Of a stretch of 64,000 nucleotides of DNA, positions 24,673 to 37,411 are shown piece after piece (the first letter of the stretch is position 1; the number at the start of each line of letters is the position of its first letter). Where the stretch lies: contig OY969724.1 of NCBI GenBank assembly GCA_963702205.1, positions 3,072,001 to 3,136,000 on the forward strand, written 5' to 3'. The DNA is from an uncultured candidate division Zixibacteria bacterium (GTDB lineage Bacteria; Zixibacteria; MSB-5A5; GN15; PGXB01). Under the pieces are notes generated by a model. That model had not been told where the DNA came from and searched no databases. It was given only the letters and a program-made list of their open reading frames with translations. Both the position numbers and the translations under genes were made by a program.

Positions 24673-25433
24673 TGGAACTGTTCCGCATAGATTTTCTAAC
24701 CTTCAAGCTGACCGACCTGATCGACATCCTGATCGTGGCGTTTATCATCTATCAGCTTCTCGCCCTCATGAAAGGCACGCGCGCCGCCCAGATGGTGACC
24801 GGTTTGGTATTGATATTCATTGTCGCTTTTTTTGCATTCTGGTTTCATCTCGAGGGGCTGTCCTGGCTGTTTTCCAATCTCGCGACGGTCGGGTTTATCG
24901 TGCTGGTCATCGTCTTTCAACCGGAACTTCGATCGGTGCTGGCACGCATGGGGCACTCGCGAATATTTCAGTACTTCATAAAAGTCGAGGAACGAAAATC
25001 GGTCGAAGAGATCGCGCGGGCGGCGGTACGTCTGTCTGAATTGCGCTACGGTGGTCTGATCGTAATCGAAAACACGGTCGGTCTCAAAAATTATATCGAG
25101 ACCGGCAAAAAGATTAATTCGCAGCTTTCGTCGGAGATGATTGTAACACTGTTTACACCGTACACTCCCCTGCACGACGGCGCCGTTATAATTTCCGGCG
25201 AGATTATCGCCGCCGCGGCCTGTACTCTCCCTCTGACCCAGAATCCGCGTTTCCGCAAGCTGTTCGGGATGCGCCACAAAGCCGCGATCGGCATATCCGA
25301 GCTATCCGATGCCGTCTCGATCGTCGTCTCCGAAGAAACCGGCGAAGTTTCGATCACGTCGAAAGGCTTCATGGAGAAAAACATCGAACGCGCCGAAATC
25401 AAGCGCCGCTTGGCGAATTACCTTAGTAAATAA
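24672..25433 (+). CDS. cdaA: Diadenylate cyclase CdaA/DacA
   Basis: Three TM segments, FQPELR, LHDGA, GMRHKAA and VSEETG motifs. Confidence 0.92.
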   Translation: MELFRIDFLTFKLTDLIDILIVAFIIYQLLALMKGTRAAQMVTGLVLIFIVAFFAFWFHLEGLSWLFSNLATVGFIVLVIVFQPELRSVLARMGHSRIFQYFIKVEERKSVEEIARAAVRLSELRYGGLIVIENTVGLKNYIETGKKINSQLSSEMIVTLFTPYTPLHDGAVIISGEIIAAAACTLPLTQNPRFRKLFGMRHKAAIGISELSDAVSIVVSEETGEVSITSKGFMEKNIERAEIKRRLANYLSK

Positions 25434-25463
25434 TTCTCATGCATAAAATCAAAGACTTTTAAT

Positions 25464-26858
25464 ATGTCAAAACTATCCTTTCTCGGTGCGGCCGGGACCG
25501 TCACCGGTTCGCGGTTTTTGCTCGAAACACACGGTAAGAAAATCCTGGTCGACTGCGGACTGTTCCAGGGTCCCAAAGATCTGCGCCAGCGCAACTGGGA
25601 TACGTTCCCGACTGATCCGTCGTCGATCGATTACGTCCTGTTCACCCACGCGCACGTCGATCATATCGGCTATTTCCCGCGACTGTGCAAAGATGGTTTC
25701 GCCGGTAAGGCGATCTGTACCGACGCCACCGCCGACCTGGCTAAAATTTTGCTGTTGGACAGCGGCCATCTTCAGGAAGAAGACGCGCGCTGGGCCAACA
25801 AGAAGAAAACGACCAGGCACGAACCGGCGCTGCCACTATTTACGGTCGAAGATGCCGAAAAATCGCTGGCCTCTTTCGAGCCGCACCATTACGGTGAAGA
25901 AATACAACTCGGCGATGACATCACGGTCAAATTCAAGGACGCCGGGCACATACTGGGTTCGTCGTTCGTCGATATCCGCCTGACCAATGAGGGCGAACGC
26001 AGGAAGATTGTCTTCTGCGGTGACCTCGGACGTCCGGCGCGGGCGCTTTTGCGCGACCCGGTGCAGGTGTACGACGTCGAGTATCTCGTGATCGAGTCGA
26101 CGTACGGCAACCGTCTGCACGAAGACAAAGATTTTTATGATTCGTTCATACGAGTCTACAACGAAAGTATCGAGCGCGGCGGCGTGCTGGTGATACCGTC
26201 GTTTGCGGTCGGCCGCACGCAGACGCTGTTGTACGTTATCCGCGAGCTCGAAGAAAAGAAACTCATACCCGCAGTACCGGTCTATCTGGATTCGCCGATG
26301 GCGCTTGATGCAACGCACGTCTACGAGCGGCAGGTCAAGAGCCAGAATCTCAAGACGCGCGTGATGACTATCACCGGCCAGAACGTTTTCAAGACGACGC
26401 ATTTACACCTGTGCGATTCACGCAAGAAATCCAAGGCGATCAACGACATCGAAAGCCGGGCCGTGATAATATCTTCCAGCGGCATGGTCACCGGTGGACG
26501 TATATTGCACCATCTCATGCAGCGTCTGCCCGAGCGCAAGAATACGGTGCTGTTTGTCGGTTATCAGGCCGAGGGGACGCGCGGGCGGACCATTGTCGAG
26601 GGGCATGACGAAGTCAAGATTTACGGCGAGATGGTGCCGATTCGCGCGCGTATCGAGAATATTTCCGGGTTTTCCTGTCATGCCGACTACAACGAAGAGC
26701 TGGCCTGGCTTCTGGGATTCAATCGTCCACCGAAGAAGACTTTTATAGTGCACGGCGAGAAAGACGCCTCGGAATCGATGGCCGATAAAATCCGCGACCG
26801 TTTTGGGTGGCATTGCGAGGTGCCGACGCTGGAAGAGAGTTTTTTGCTGGATTTGTAA
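25464..26858 (+). CDS. MBL-fold beta-CASP RNA-processing nuclease
   Basis: GAAGTVTGS, THAHVDH, AGHILGS, ESTYGNR, FSCHAD and VHGE motifs. Confidence 0.9.
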   Translation: MSKLSFLGAAGTVTGSRFLLETHGKKILVDCGLFQGPKDLRQRNWDTFPTDPSSIDYVLFTHAHVDHIGYFPRLCKDGFAGKAICTDATADLAKILLLDSGHLQEEDARWANKKKTTRHEPALPLFTVEDAEKSLASFEPHHYGEEIQLGDDITVKFKDAGHILGSSFVDIRLTNEGERRKIVFCGDLGRPARALLRDPVQVYDVEYLVIESTYGNRLHEDKDFYDSFIRVYNESIERGGVLVIPSFAVGRTQTLLYVIRELEEKKLIPAVPVYLDSPMALDATHVYERQVKSQNLKTRVMTITGQNVFKTTHLHLCDSRKKSKAINDIESRAVIISSSGMVTGGRILHHLMQRLPERKNTVLFVGYQAEGTRGRTIVEGHDEVKIYGEMVPIRARIENISGFSCHADYNEELAWLLGFNRPPKKTFIVHGEKDASESMADKIRDRFGWHCEVPTLEESFLLDL

Positions 26859-26870
26859 AATTACTGTACC

Positions 26871-27960
26871 GTGCGCGGCAGACGCCCTCGTCTGCCGCGT
26901 GATACCAAAAGCTTCTATCACTGGGATTTGTATCCCAATTATTTGCAAAATACAAACAACGGACTCCATCCTGCCAACCGGCAGACGAGGGCGTCTGCCG
27001 GTCACTTTACCCCGGCCTTTTCAAACCGACAAAATCACTACCAATGTTGTATTTTACACCCGTAACGACACCCCATTTTTAGCATGTTTTGGCATGGATA
27101 ATCATATATCACCTTTGGGCTTGCCGGGAATTGGCTTTGGTCGTACCATTTTTAATTCCTAACTTGCCAAGGCTCTCCAGACATTTGCACTAAGTGGGCG
27201 GCAGATGTCCACATCTGCCCCATTGCCCCGTTAAGCCTAATCGCCCGGGCATATCCTTCAAAAGATCAGGAGGCCTGTGGACAAGTGCCGCGCACGCAAA
27301 GCGGTTTGGGGCGGCCTCACGGGCAAAGACCCGGTGGGTTTGAGAACCCACCGGGCACAACGCGTGGTTCTCGTCAGGAGCGCAGGGCTTTTGACTTGCA
27401 TTAGAATGTAGTGGGCGGCAGATGTCCACATCTGCCCCAAGGATTCGAGCCTGTTCAAACGCTCGGGCACTTGTGGACAAGTGCCGCGCACGATAATGGG
27501 CATGGTTTGTTTTGGCATACTTATAGGCCTCTAATATAGTAGAACGTATGAATTCAACATTGATTTGGTGGTGATATTGGAATCTTGTAACTCACCCAGC
27601 GGGTGATTGGTTATGATTTTGCACCAAACAAAAAAAGATGTCAGGAGCGCACGGCTCCTGACCTACTAAGACTTGTGGACAAGTGCCGCGCACGTAACGT
27701 AAACCCGACCTACCGCAAGATCAGAACCCGGTCGGTCTGAGGGCCAACCGGGCACAACGTACGGGGCGATCACGCCGGGTCTGAAAACACGTAGGTCCGG
27801 TTCCGAGTCTTCGAGAAACCCGACAACAATAATTTTGCCTTCGGGAAAGGGTTCCCGACGGCGCCATAATACCCTGCCGCAAGCGACAGAGCACCCCGGC
27901 AAGATATAGGGTTTTTCATCCCCCGACATGGTCGGGGGATTCAGAACCCGAGCTACTTTA
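26871..27960. repeat. Mosaic of REP-like palindromes, about 1.1 kb
   Basis: GGCAGACGCCCTCGTCTGCC and its inverse (about 26877 and 26981); GTGGGCGGCAGATGTCCACATCTGCCCC twice; GTGGACAAGTGCCGCGCACG three times; CCCGGT..ACCGGGCACAACG twice; GTCAGGAGCGCA..TGAC twice; GTAG/CTAC-ended units. Confidence 0.85.
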
Positions 27961-28088
27961 AGACTGGATTTCCGCACTTCATGCTTCAGCACCTTCGGCC
28001 TGCGCGGGAATGACATTATCAAAATAGAATGACATTTTCAAAACATTGGTGGAGCGAAGTGATTTCCATTCCATTTTTGTAGCCATAA

Positions 28089-30204
<2,116 letters not shown>

Positions 30205-30212
30205 ACGGACAT

Positions 30213-30488
30213 ATGTATAAAAAAACAGCACAGGTTATCAATCGACTCGGTATGCACGCCCGTCCGGCGGCGATGTTTGTCTCGCACGCCTCGAAATACT
30301 CATCCGAGGTCTGGATCGAAAAAAACGGGCTGAGGGTTAACGGGAAGTCGATAATGGGCGTCATGATGCTCGCCGCCGAAAAGGGCTCGGAGCTGGTCAT
30401 TTCGGCTGAGGGCGACGATGAACAGCGCGCGGTCGAGGATCTGGTCGATTTGATCCGCGACGGTTTCGGCGATTTGAAAGAGCTCTGA
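30213..30488 (+). CDS. ptsH: Phosphocarrier protein HPr
   Basis: GMHARPAA (His15) and NGKSIMGV (Ser46). Confidence 0.95.
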   Translation: MYKKTAQVINRLGMHARPAAMFVSHASKYSSEVWIEKNGLRVNGKSIMGVMMLAAEKGSELVISAEGDDEQRAVEDLVDLIRDGFGDLKEL

Positions 30489-30542
30489 TTTTTATTTTGC
30501 TCCTTCCCCGGTTTGGTGTTTATAATCTGAAGACAGATATTT

Positions 30543-32291
30543 ATGGTAAATCCTAAGAAGACATTCGTAATCGGCGGCGCAGGCGCGTCCTCTGGCCTGA
30601 CCTATGGCCTGGCACGGATCGTCTACAGCTGGGAAAGAACGGTCGGCGAGCGGATTTTGAACAAATCCGAAGTCGATCCGGAAATCGCCCGTCTGGATGA
30701 CGCCATTAACGAGACGTTGCTGGAAATAAACCGCTGGAAAACGATGACCGGCGGCGGCAAGTCGGGCGGGCCGATCGGGAGAATTTTTGACACCCAGTCG
30801 ATGATCGCTTCCGACCAGGATTTTTTAAATAATGTCAAGGATATGATTCGTTCGCGTCAGCGTAACGCCGAATATATTTACAGTCTCGAAGTCGAAAAGA
30901 CGGTCGAGCCGCTCAAGAATTCCAACGATGAATACATGAACCAGATGGTTCACGAAATCGAGGCGGTCAGCAAGATGGTGGTCAGCCATTTGCGGGGCCA
31001 CACCGAGCGCGATTTCGGGCAGTTCCCGGCCGACACGATCATTGTCGGGCGTAATTTCACGGCGGCCGAAATATTGAGCCTGTTCGACCGCAAGGCTAAG
31101 GGTATTGTCACCGGCGAAGGCAGCGCCACGTCGCATATGGCTCTGGTCGCACGTTCGCTTTTGATACCGGCCGTGGTCGGTGCTCAGCGGGCGCATCTCA
31201 GAATTCGTTCAGGTGACAGGCTGATTATCGACGGAGACAGCGGCGAGGTGACGGTCAATCCGCAGGATGCCGCCTGGACGAGCTTGGTCAAACAGCGCAA
31301 GACGCTTTCGGAAATGCCGCTGGCACGGTTGAAACGTCTGCCCAAACTCCCGATCAGGACCGCCGACGGCGTGGAAATCAGTTTGGCGGCTAATATTTCT
31401 CTGCCGGGACCGGTCGATGATATTCTGTCGAAAAATAATATCGGTGTCGGGCTGTTCCGGTCGGAATTCGTCTATTTGCAGCGCGGGAATTTCCCGTCAT
31501 CGGAAGAGCAGTTCGAAATTTACGATCATGTCGCTGCGACGTATCATCCGCACGACGTGGTCATCAGAACCTTCGATCTCGGATCGGATAAGTATCATGA
31601 AAATGACAATTTCTCGCGCGAACGTAATCCGGCTCTCGGCTGGCGAGGAATCAGGGCGTCGATTGATATGCCGGGTCAGTTCCGGCGGCAGGTGCGGGCA
31701 ATTCTCAGAGCCTCGCAGCGCGGCAATGTCAAAATGCTTCTACCGATGATAACCGACGTCTCCGAGGTCAAAAAGGCGATCGGAATGATCCGTCGCGCTA
31801 TGGTGCAGCTTCGTAAAGAAAGAATCAGGTACGACGCCTCGATCAAGATCGGTATCATGGTCGAAGTGCCGGCCGTAGCGTTGAATGCTTCGGATATAAT
31901 TTCCAAAGTCGATTTCTTTTCGATCGGGTCCAACGACCTGGCGCAGTACGTCCTGGCCGCCGACCGTGACAATCAGAAACTGAATAAAATTTTCAATCCG
32001 CTTCATCCGGCGGTGCTTAAGTTGATGCAGATGACCATCGACGCCGGACGCGCGGCGGGCAAACCGGTCAGTCTTTGCGGCGAGATGGCCGGCGACGTGC
32101 TCGCGATACCGCTTCTTATCGGCATGGGCATGGGGACATTGTCGATGAATCCGGCGCGGTTGTACCACGTCTGCAACCTGATAACGCGGTTGAAAATAAG
32201 CGACGCGAAAGTGCTCGCCAGCGAGGTGCTTCGCCTGGCGACGGTCAAAGAAGTTGAAAGCCGCCTGCTCGAATTCAACATGGGCATGTAA
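30543..32291 (+). CDS. ptsI: PEP-protein phosphotransferase (enzyme I)
   Basis: TSHMALVAR, GLFRSEF, NPALGWRG, MVEVP, SIGSNDL and CGEMAG motifs. Confidence 0.93.
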   Translation: MVNPKKTFVIGGAGASSGLTYGLARIVYSWERTVGERILNKSEVDPEIARLDDAINETLLEINRWKTMTGGGKSGGPIGRIFDTQSMIASDQDFLNNVKDMIRSRQRNAEYIYSLEVEKTVEPLKNSNDEYMNQMVHEIEAVSKMVVSHLRGHTERDFGQFPADTIIVGRNFTAAEILSLFDRKAKGIVTGEGSATSHMALVARSLLIPAVVGAQRAHLRIRSGDRLIIDGDSGEVTVNPQDAAWTSLVKQRKTLSEMPLARLKRLPKLPIRTADGVEISLAANISLPGPVDDILSKNNIGVGLFRSEFVYLQRGNFPSSEEQFEIYDHVAATYHPHDVVIRTFDLGSDKYHENDNFSRERNPALGWRGIRASIDMPGQFRRQVRAILRASQRGNVKMLLPMITDVSEVKKAIGMIRRAMVQLRKERIRYDASIKIGIMVEVPAVALNASDIISKVDFFSIGSNDLAQYVLAADRDNQKLNKIFNPLHPAVLKLMQMTIDAGRAAGKPVSLCGEMAGDVLAIPLLIGMGMGTLSMNPARLYHVCNLITRLKISDAKVLASEVLRLATVKEVESRLLEFNMGM

Positions 32292-32311
32292 TTAAATCAA
32301 CAGGTGACATA

Positions 32312-33382
32312 ATGAATACACTCGATTCCATAGAAAAAATCAAGACCATTGATAAATCCGGAATGTACGCTAAAATCCACGACTTCCCGGAACAGATCGA
32401 ACAAGCGCTCGAAATCGGGCAGAATTTCAAGATCAACCGTGACGACTACGGTGAAATTAGAAATATCATCGTGGCCGGGATGGGTGGCTCGGCTATTGGC
32501 GGAGAGTTGGTGCGTTCGTACCTGAACGATAAGTTGACGGTACCTGTTTATATCTGCCGCAATTACAGCCTGCCGGGCTTTGCCGACAAAAATACGCTGG
32601 TGGTTGTGTCGTCGTACTCCGGCAATACCGAAGAAACCCTGTCCGCCATGAATGAAGCGATAACCAAAGGATGCTCGATTATATGCCTGACATCGGGCGG
32701 TAAGGTCGGCGAGCTGGCGAAAAAGAATCATTACGCTGTGGCGACTCTTCCCCCCGGATACCCGCCGCGCGCGGCGCTGGGGTACTCATTTGTTCCGCTT
32801 TTGATGCTGATGTCCAAACTCGGGTTTTGCAGCGATCCCGAAAACGATCTCAAAGAAGTCGCGGCTGGATTGAAATCCTACCGGACTCGCTACTCACTTG
32901 AGACGATAACCGACCAAAACCCGGCCAAGAAACTGGCGGTCAAGTTATACGGCAAAATCCCGGTCATATATTCGGGTCCGGACCGGCTCGATGCTGTCGG
33001 AACCCGCTGGAAGGGCCAGATTTGTGAAAACGCCGAAATGCCCGCCTTTTGCAACGTCTTCCCGGAATTCAACCATAACGAGTTGGTCGGCTGGCAGGTT
33101 CTGGGTGATTTTCGTAAGCTGGCAATAGTTATTTACTTACGCGACGCCGAGGACAACGAACGGATCAAAGCCCGGATGGAGACGGTGCGGGAGATACTGG
33201 AGAAAGAAAAGATTGAAATCATAGATATTTTCTCCAATGGCGATTTTACCCTGGGCCGCATGTTTTCGCTGATTCAGCTGGGAGATTTCGCGTCGTTTTA
33301 CCTCGCTATCTTAAATGACGTCGATCCGACCCCGGTCGAAGTCATCGACTATCTGAAAATCAGGCTCTCGCAATTATCCTGA
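32312..33382 (+). CDS. Bifunctional phosphoglucose/phosphomannose isomerase
   Basis: GMGGSAIGG, SYSGNTEET, RWKGQICEN and PEFNHNE motifs. Confidence 0.9.
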   Translation: MNTLDSIEKIKTIDKSGMYAKIHDFPEQIEQALEIGQNFKINRDDYGEIRNIIVAGMGGSAIGGELVRSYLNDKLTVPVYICRNYSLPGFADKNTLVVVSSYSGNTEETLSAMNEAITKGCSIICLTSGGKVGELAKKNHYAVATLPPGYPPRAALGYSFVPLLMLMSKLGFCSDPENDLKEVAAGLKSYRTRYSLETITDQNPAKKLAVKLYGKIPVIYSGPDRLDAVGTRWKGQICENAEMPAFCNVFPEFNHNELVGWQVLGDFRKLAIVIYLRDAEDNERIKARMETVREILEKEKIEIIDIFSNGDFTLGRMFSLIQLGDFASFYLAILNDVDPTPVEVIDYLKIRLSQLS

Positions 33383-33460
33383 ACCGTGGCATTCCATACT
33401 TGCCAAGTTAGCCGAAACTATTATATTTATCCGGCTGTTAAAGTATGTTGAGGAAATGAA

Positions 33461-33808
33461 ATGTTGATATCTATATGCAAATCGAAAATACACCGGGCCA
33501 CCGTGACCGAATCCAATTTGAATTACGAGGGTTCGATCACGATCGACGAAGACCTGATGAAGGCCGCCGAAGTTGTCGAGTACGAAAAGGTCCACGTGGT
33601 TAATGTCACCAACGGCGAACGGTTGGAAACCTATGTCATTAAGGGTGAGGCCGGTTCGGGCAAAATTTGCTTAAACGGCGCCGCCGCTCATAAGGGTAAA
33701 CAGGGCGACGTCATAATAATCATATCATATGGTATGGTGGAAAAAGAAAAAGCCGCCGGCCTCAAGCCGAATATCGTCAAAGTCGATAAAAATAATAAAA
33801 AAGTCTGA
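33461..33808 (+). CDS. panD: Aspartate 1-decarboxylase
   Basis: KSKIHRATVT, YEGSITID and NGAAAH motifs. Confidence 0.97.
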   Translation: MLISICKSKIHRATVTESNLNYEGSITIDEDLMKAAEVVEYEKVHVVNVTNGERLETYVIKGEAGSGKICLNGAAAHKGKQGDVIIIISYGMVEKEKAAGLKPNIVKVDKNNKKV

Positions 33809-33819
33809 GATTTTATCCC

Positions 33820-34566
33820 ATGAGCACAAAGACCGCCGCGATAATTCTTGCCGCCGGTAAAGGCAAGAGAATGAAATCCAATTTACCCAAAGTCCTGCAC
33901 AAGGTTAACGGAAAACCTCTGATTCAGATGCTGCTCGAAAACCTCGCCCCGGTGGGGCTGGACAGGATCATTGTCGTGATCGGGCATAAGGGTGAGATGG
34001 TCATGGAGGCGCTTAAGGACATGCCGGTGGAATTCGTCTGGCAGCATAAACAAAAGGGCACCGGGCACGCGGTCCAGATGACCGAAAAAGCTCTTGAAGG
34101 TTTCGACGGGACGGTTCTCGTCGCGACCGGGGATGCGCCTTTTCTAAGGGCTGAAACGGTTAAAAGTCTTTTTGCCATCCATGGAAAAAATAAGGCCGCG
34201 GCAACCTGCCTGTCGGCCGAATTCGATGACCCGACCGGATACGGACGAATAATACGCAAAGACGATACCGATATACTGCTCGATATAGTCGAACATAATG
34301 ACGCCTCGGAAGATATAAGAAAAATCCATGAAATCAATTCCGGGACTTTCTGTTTCGACGGCCGGCAGATGTTCAAAGCCCTGCGCGAAGTGGGCGATGA
34401 CAACGCCCAGAAGGAATTTTACCTGACCGACACGATAAAGATAATTCAAGGCTGGAATATGATTTGTGCCGTAGTGAAGGCCGACGATCCGATGGAAGCG
34501 GTGGGCATAAACTCGGTCAAGCAGCTCGATGAAGCCGAATCGGCGCTTTCGCAAAGAAAATTATGA
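33820..34566 (+). CDS. GlmU-like uridyltransferase domain without the acetyltransferase beta-helix
   Basis: LAAGKGKRMKS, QKGTGHAV, GYGRIIR, EINSG and EFYLTD motifs; ends at 248 aa. Confidence 0.85.
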   Translation: MSTKTAAIILAAGKGKRMKSNLPKVLHKVNGKPLIQMLLENLAPVGLDRIIVVIGHKGEMVMEALKDMPVEFVWQHKQKGTGHAVQMTEKALEGFDGTVLVATGDAPFLRAETVKSLFAIHGKNKAAATCLSAEFDDPTGYGRIIRKDDTDILLDIVEHNDASEDIRKIHEINSGTFCFDGRQMFKALREVGDDNAQKEFYLTDTIKIIQGWNMICAVVKADDPMEAVGINSVKQLDEAESALSQRKL

Positions 34567-34700
34567 TCCTGAGGCGGGCGAAATCGTATAAATTTCAGGT
34601 AAGATATTGTGTGTCAATGAACCGCAATTATAAAGAAAAGGATTGACAAAAGTCAAAAACCTTTATTCTTTATAGTTGAAGCCGCACTACGAGGGGTTTT

Positions 34701-35165
34701 ATGTTAAAAAGAATTATATTTATAGCGTTGACGCTGTTTCTACTTTCAGTCTCTTTGCAGGCGCAAATGGCTGACAAAGTGGAACTTAACTCGATCCAGA
34801 AAGACTACCTCGGGTTCAAACCGGCCGACAAGCCGTTTGCCCTGCTCGATTTGTCCCGTCTCCACTGGTCGAGTTCATATTCTTTTTCATATTTATCCGG
34901 CGGCGGATATTCTGGTTCGGTAGGCGTTTATACCGCCAGCTTCCTTTATGAGTTCTCCCCCTCCCTGCTGATGCACATGGATGTGGGCCTGGCCCACAAT
35001 CCGGGTGCTTTGATGGACAGATCGGTCGGACTTGATGCCTCGGTATTGACGAATGTAAGGCTCGATTACCAGCCCTCGAAACATTTCTTCATGTCGGTAG
35101 GATTCAGTACGTACCCGGGTTCCAACGGCTATCGACCTGTCTATTGGCCGTACTACGGCCCCTAA
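34701..35165 (+). CDS. Secreted hypothetical protein, beta-strand-rich
   Basis: Signal peptide ending AQ; GAGGGG RBS. Confidence 0.7.
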   Translation: MLKRIIFIALTLFLLSVSLQAQMADKVELNSIQKDYLGFKPADKPFALLDLSRLHWSSSYSFSYLSGGGYSGSVGVYTASFLYEFSPSLLMHMDVGLAHNPGALMDRSVGLDASVLTNVRLDYQPSKHFFMSVGFSTYPGSNGYRPVYWPYYGP

Positions 35166-35195
35166 TAAGGAGGGGACTAACCGCCCATCCCGCAT

Positions 35196-35723
35196 GTGAA
35201 GGTATTGAAAAACCAAACATTGAGCAGAACATCCAGAAAAACCACATCCACCGCACGCAGATCTTTCCGGGACAAAAAAAGTTCGCGATTTTTGGAAATG
35301 GCCATCGTCGCCATTTTCGCTCTGGTTTTTATTTACGGAGCGAGTTTCGCGATCCGGATTACCCACGGCTTCTCCAAAACGGTTGATATGCCCGAATACA
35401 GTATTCGCCTGCAGATACTCAACGGATGCGGTCAGAACGGGGTGGCATCGAAATTGGCCCAGAAGATACCGGCCGTAATCGGGCTGCCGCTCGAAGTTTC
35501 CGTGCTTGAAGTCGGGGACTTCGACTCATACGACGTAAAGAATACTTTTATAATTTCGCGCGACAAAGACATTTCACAATCCGAAGCTTTTGCAAAGCAG
35601 CTCGGCATTGAAAGCGAAGTTTTATACAGACCACTGGAAGATAACTACCGGGGCATTACGACGACCCTGGTCATCGGCGAAGACTACGCTGCACTGACGG
35701 ACAAGGACAAACAGGAGAAATAA
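35196..35723 (+). CDS. LytR C-terminal domain protein
   Basis: One TM segment, QILNGCGQNGVA and LVIGED motifs; upstream of rsfS. Confidence 0.8.
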   Translation: MKVLKNQTLSRTSRKTTSTARRSFRDKKSSRFLEMAIVAIFALVFIYGASFAIRITHGFSKTVDMPEYSIRLQILNGCGQNGVASKLAQKIPAVIGLPLEVSVLEVGDFDSYDVKNTFIISRDKDISQSEAFAKQLGIESEVLYRPLEDNYRGITTTLVIGEDYAALTDKDKQEK

Positions 35724-35732
35724 AGAACCGGA

Positions 35733-36080
35733 TTGAAAACGACACCGCTTGTAATCGCCCGCGAGGCGGGCAAACTCGCCCTTTCCAAGAAAGGCAATAA
35801 TGTCAAGATTCTCAAAATTAAGAACATATCCAATATATGCGATTATTTTGTCATTGCCAGCGGCGATGTTGACGTACACGTGAAGGCTATTGCCGACGCC
35901 GTCTATGACGGGCTTCTCGAAAAGGGCATGAAACCATGGCATCGCGAGGGGACAAAAGGAGGGAAATGGATTTTACTCGATTATATCGATGTTGTGGTTC
36001 ATGTATTTCTTGAATCGGCGCGTGATTTTTACGCGCTCGAAAAACTTTGGGGCGACGCCCCAACCGAGGAACTCAAGTAG
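35733..36080 (+). CDS. rsfS: Ribosome silencing factor
   Basis: DYFVIASG, WILLDYIDVVVH and FYALEKLW motifs. Confidence 0.95.
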   Translation: MKTTPLVIAREAGKLALSKKGNNVKILKIKNISNICDYFVIASGDVDVHVKAIADAVYDGLLEKGMKPWHREGTKGGKWILLDYIDVVVHVFLESARDFYALEKLWGDAPTEELK

Positions 36081-36131
36081 TTCCATCTGCCGTGTAAGAC
36101 AAAAAATAATTCCAAATAAAGCGAGTTTGTT

Positions 36132-37400
36132 ATGAATAAGACACAGGTTATTGAAAACGCTGACCTTAAAACCAAGACGATTGCGGAACTGACGCAGGTC
36201 GCCGAAGCTCTCGATATTCCGGGCATTTCCGGTTTGCGAAAGCAGGAACTCATCTACAAGATCATGGAGGCCACCACGGCCAAAGAAGAGGGCATGATTT
36301 TCGCCGAAGGCGTGCTGGAGATTTTATCCGAAGGCTACGGCTTTCTGCGCAGCCCCAATTACAATTATCTGCCGGGGCCGGACGACATCTATGTCTCCCC
36401 GTCGCAGATCAAACGCTTCGACCTGCGCACCGGCGATACCATCTCCGGGCAGGTTCGTCCGCCGAAAGATAACGAGCGATATTTCGCGCTTTTGAAAATC
36501 GAAGCCATCAACTTCGAGGATCCCGATATCGCCAAGCACAAAACGCTGTTCGACAACCTGACTCCCCTTTACCCCAACGATCCGTTCAAGCTGGAGGTCA
36601 ACGCCGACGATTTGACGACGCGTATCATGGACCTCATGACGCCGATCGGTAAGGGTCAGCGCGCGCTGATCACGTCGCCGCCCAAGGCCGGCAAGACGAT
36701 CATTCTTCAAAAAATCGCCAACTCGATCACGACCAATCACCCCGAAGTGAAACTGATCGTACTATTGATCGACGAGCGTCCCGAAGAAGTTACCGACATG
36801 CGCCGTTCGGTCAACGGTGAAGTGATCTCCTCGACGTTCGATGAACCGGCCGACCGTCACGTGCAGGTAGCCGATATGGTTCTAGAAAAAGCCAAGCGGC
36901 TGGTCGAGCACCGCAACGACGTGGTCATCCTGCTCGACAGTATTACCCGTCTGGCTCGTGCCCACAACGCGGTCGTGCCGCATTCCGGCAAGATTCTCTC
37001 CGGCGGTGTCGACAGTAACGCCCTGCACAAACCAAAACGCTTTTTCGGCGCGGCGCGAAATATCGAAGAAGGCGGTTCGCTGACCATCATCGGGACGGCC
37101 CTGATCGAAACCGGCTCGCGCATGGACGAGGTCATTTTCGAAGAATTTAAGGGCACCGGTAACCTTGAAATGGTCATGGATCGTCGGCTGTCAGACCGGA
37201 GAATTTTCCCGGCCATGGATATCAACCGCAGTTCCACGCGAAAGGAAGAGCTGCTCATGCCGCAGGACGTCCTGATGAAAGTCTGGATTCTGCGCAAGTT
37301 CCTGGCCGAAATGAGCCCGATCGAAGCGATGGAATTCCTGATCGACCGCATGAAGAAGACCAAGAACAACCAGAAGTTCCTGGCGTCGATGAAGGATTAA
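36132..37400 (+). CDS. rho: Transcription termination factor Rho
   Basis: [31 protein letters not shown] and FKGTGN motifs. Confidence 0.98.
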   Translation: MNKTQVIENADLKTKTIAELTQVAEALDIPGISGLRKQELIYKIMEATTAKEEGMIFAEGVLEILSEGYGFLRSPNYNYLPGPDDIYVSPSQIKRFDLRTGDTISGQVRPPKDNERYFALLKIEAINFEDPDIAKHKTLFDNLTPLYPNDPFKLEVNADDLTTRIMDLMTPIGKGQRALITSPPKAGKTIILQKIANSITTNHPEVKLIVLLIDERPEEVTDMRRSVNGEVISSTFDEPADRHVQVADMVLEKAKRLVEHRNDVVILLDSITRLARAHNAVVPHSGKILSGGVDSNALHKPKRFFGAARNIEEGGSLTIIGTALIETGSRMDEVIFEEFKGTGNLEMVMDRRLSDRRIFPAMDINRSSTRKEELLMPQDVLMKVWILRKFLAEMSPIEAMEFLIDRMKKTKNNQKFLASMKD

Positions 37401-37411
37401 TCCGGACTGAA

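Noticed and set aside
26871..27960. Possible CRISPR array or protein-coding ORFs in the repeat-rich gap
   Set aside because: The repeats are heterogeneous, in both orientations and irregularly spaced; the ORFs are translations of palindromes with no recognisable motifs.
33820..34566. Truncated glmU pseudogene
   Set aside because: The ORF ends cleanly at the domain boundary with no beta-helix remnant downstream; more likely a natural single-domain form.
34643..34656. Palindrome TTGAC-AAAA-GTCAA as an operator or promoter
   Set aside because: Only one copy was noticed and no -10 box lies at canonical spacing; not enough to assign.
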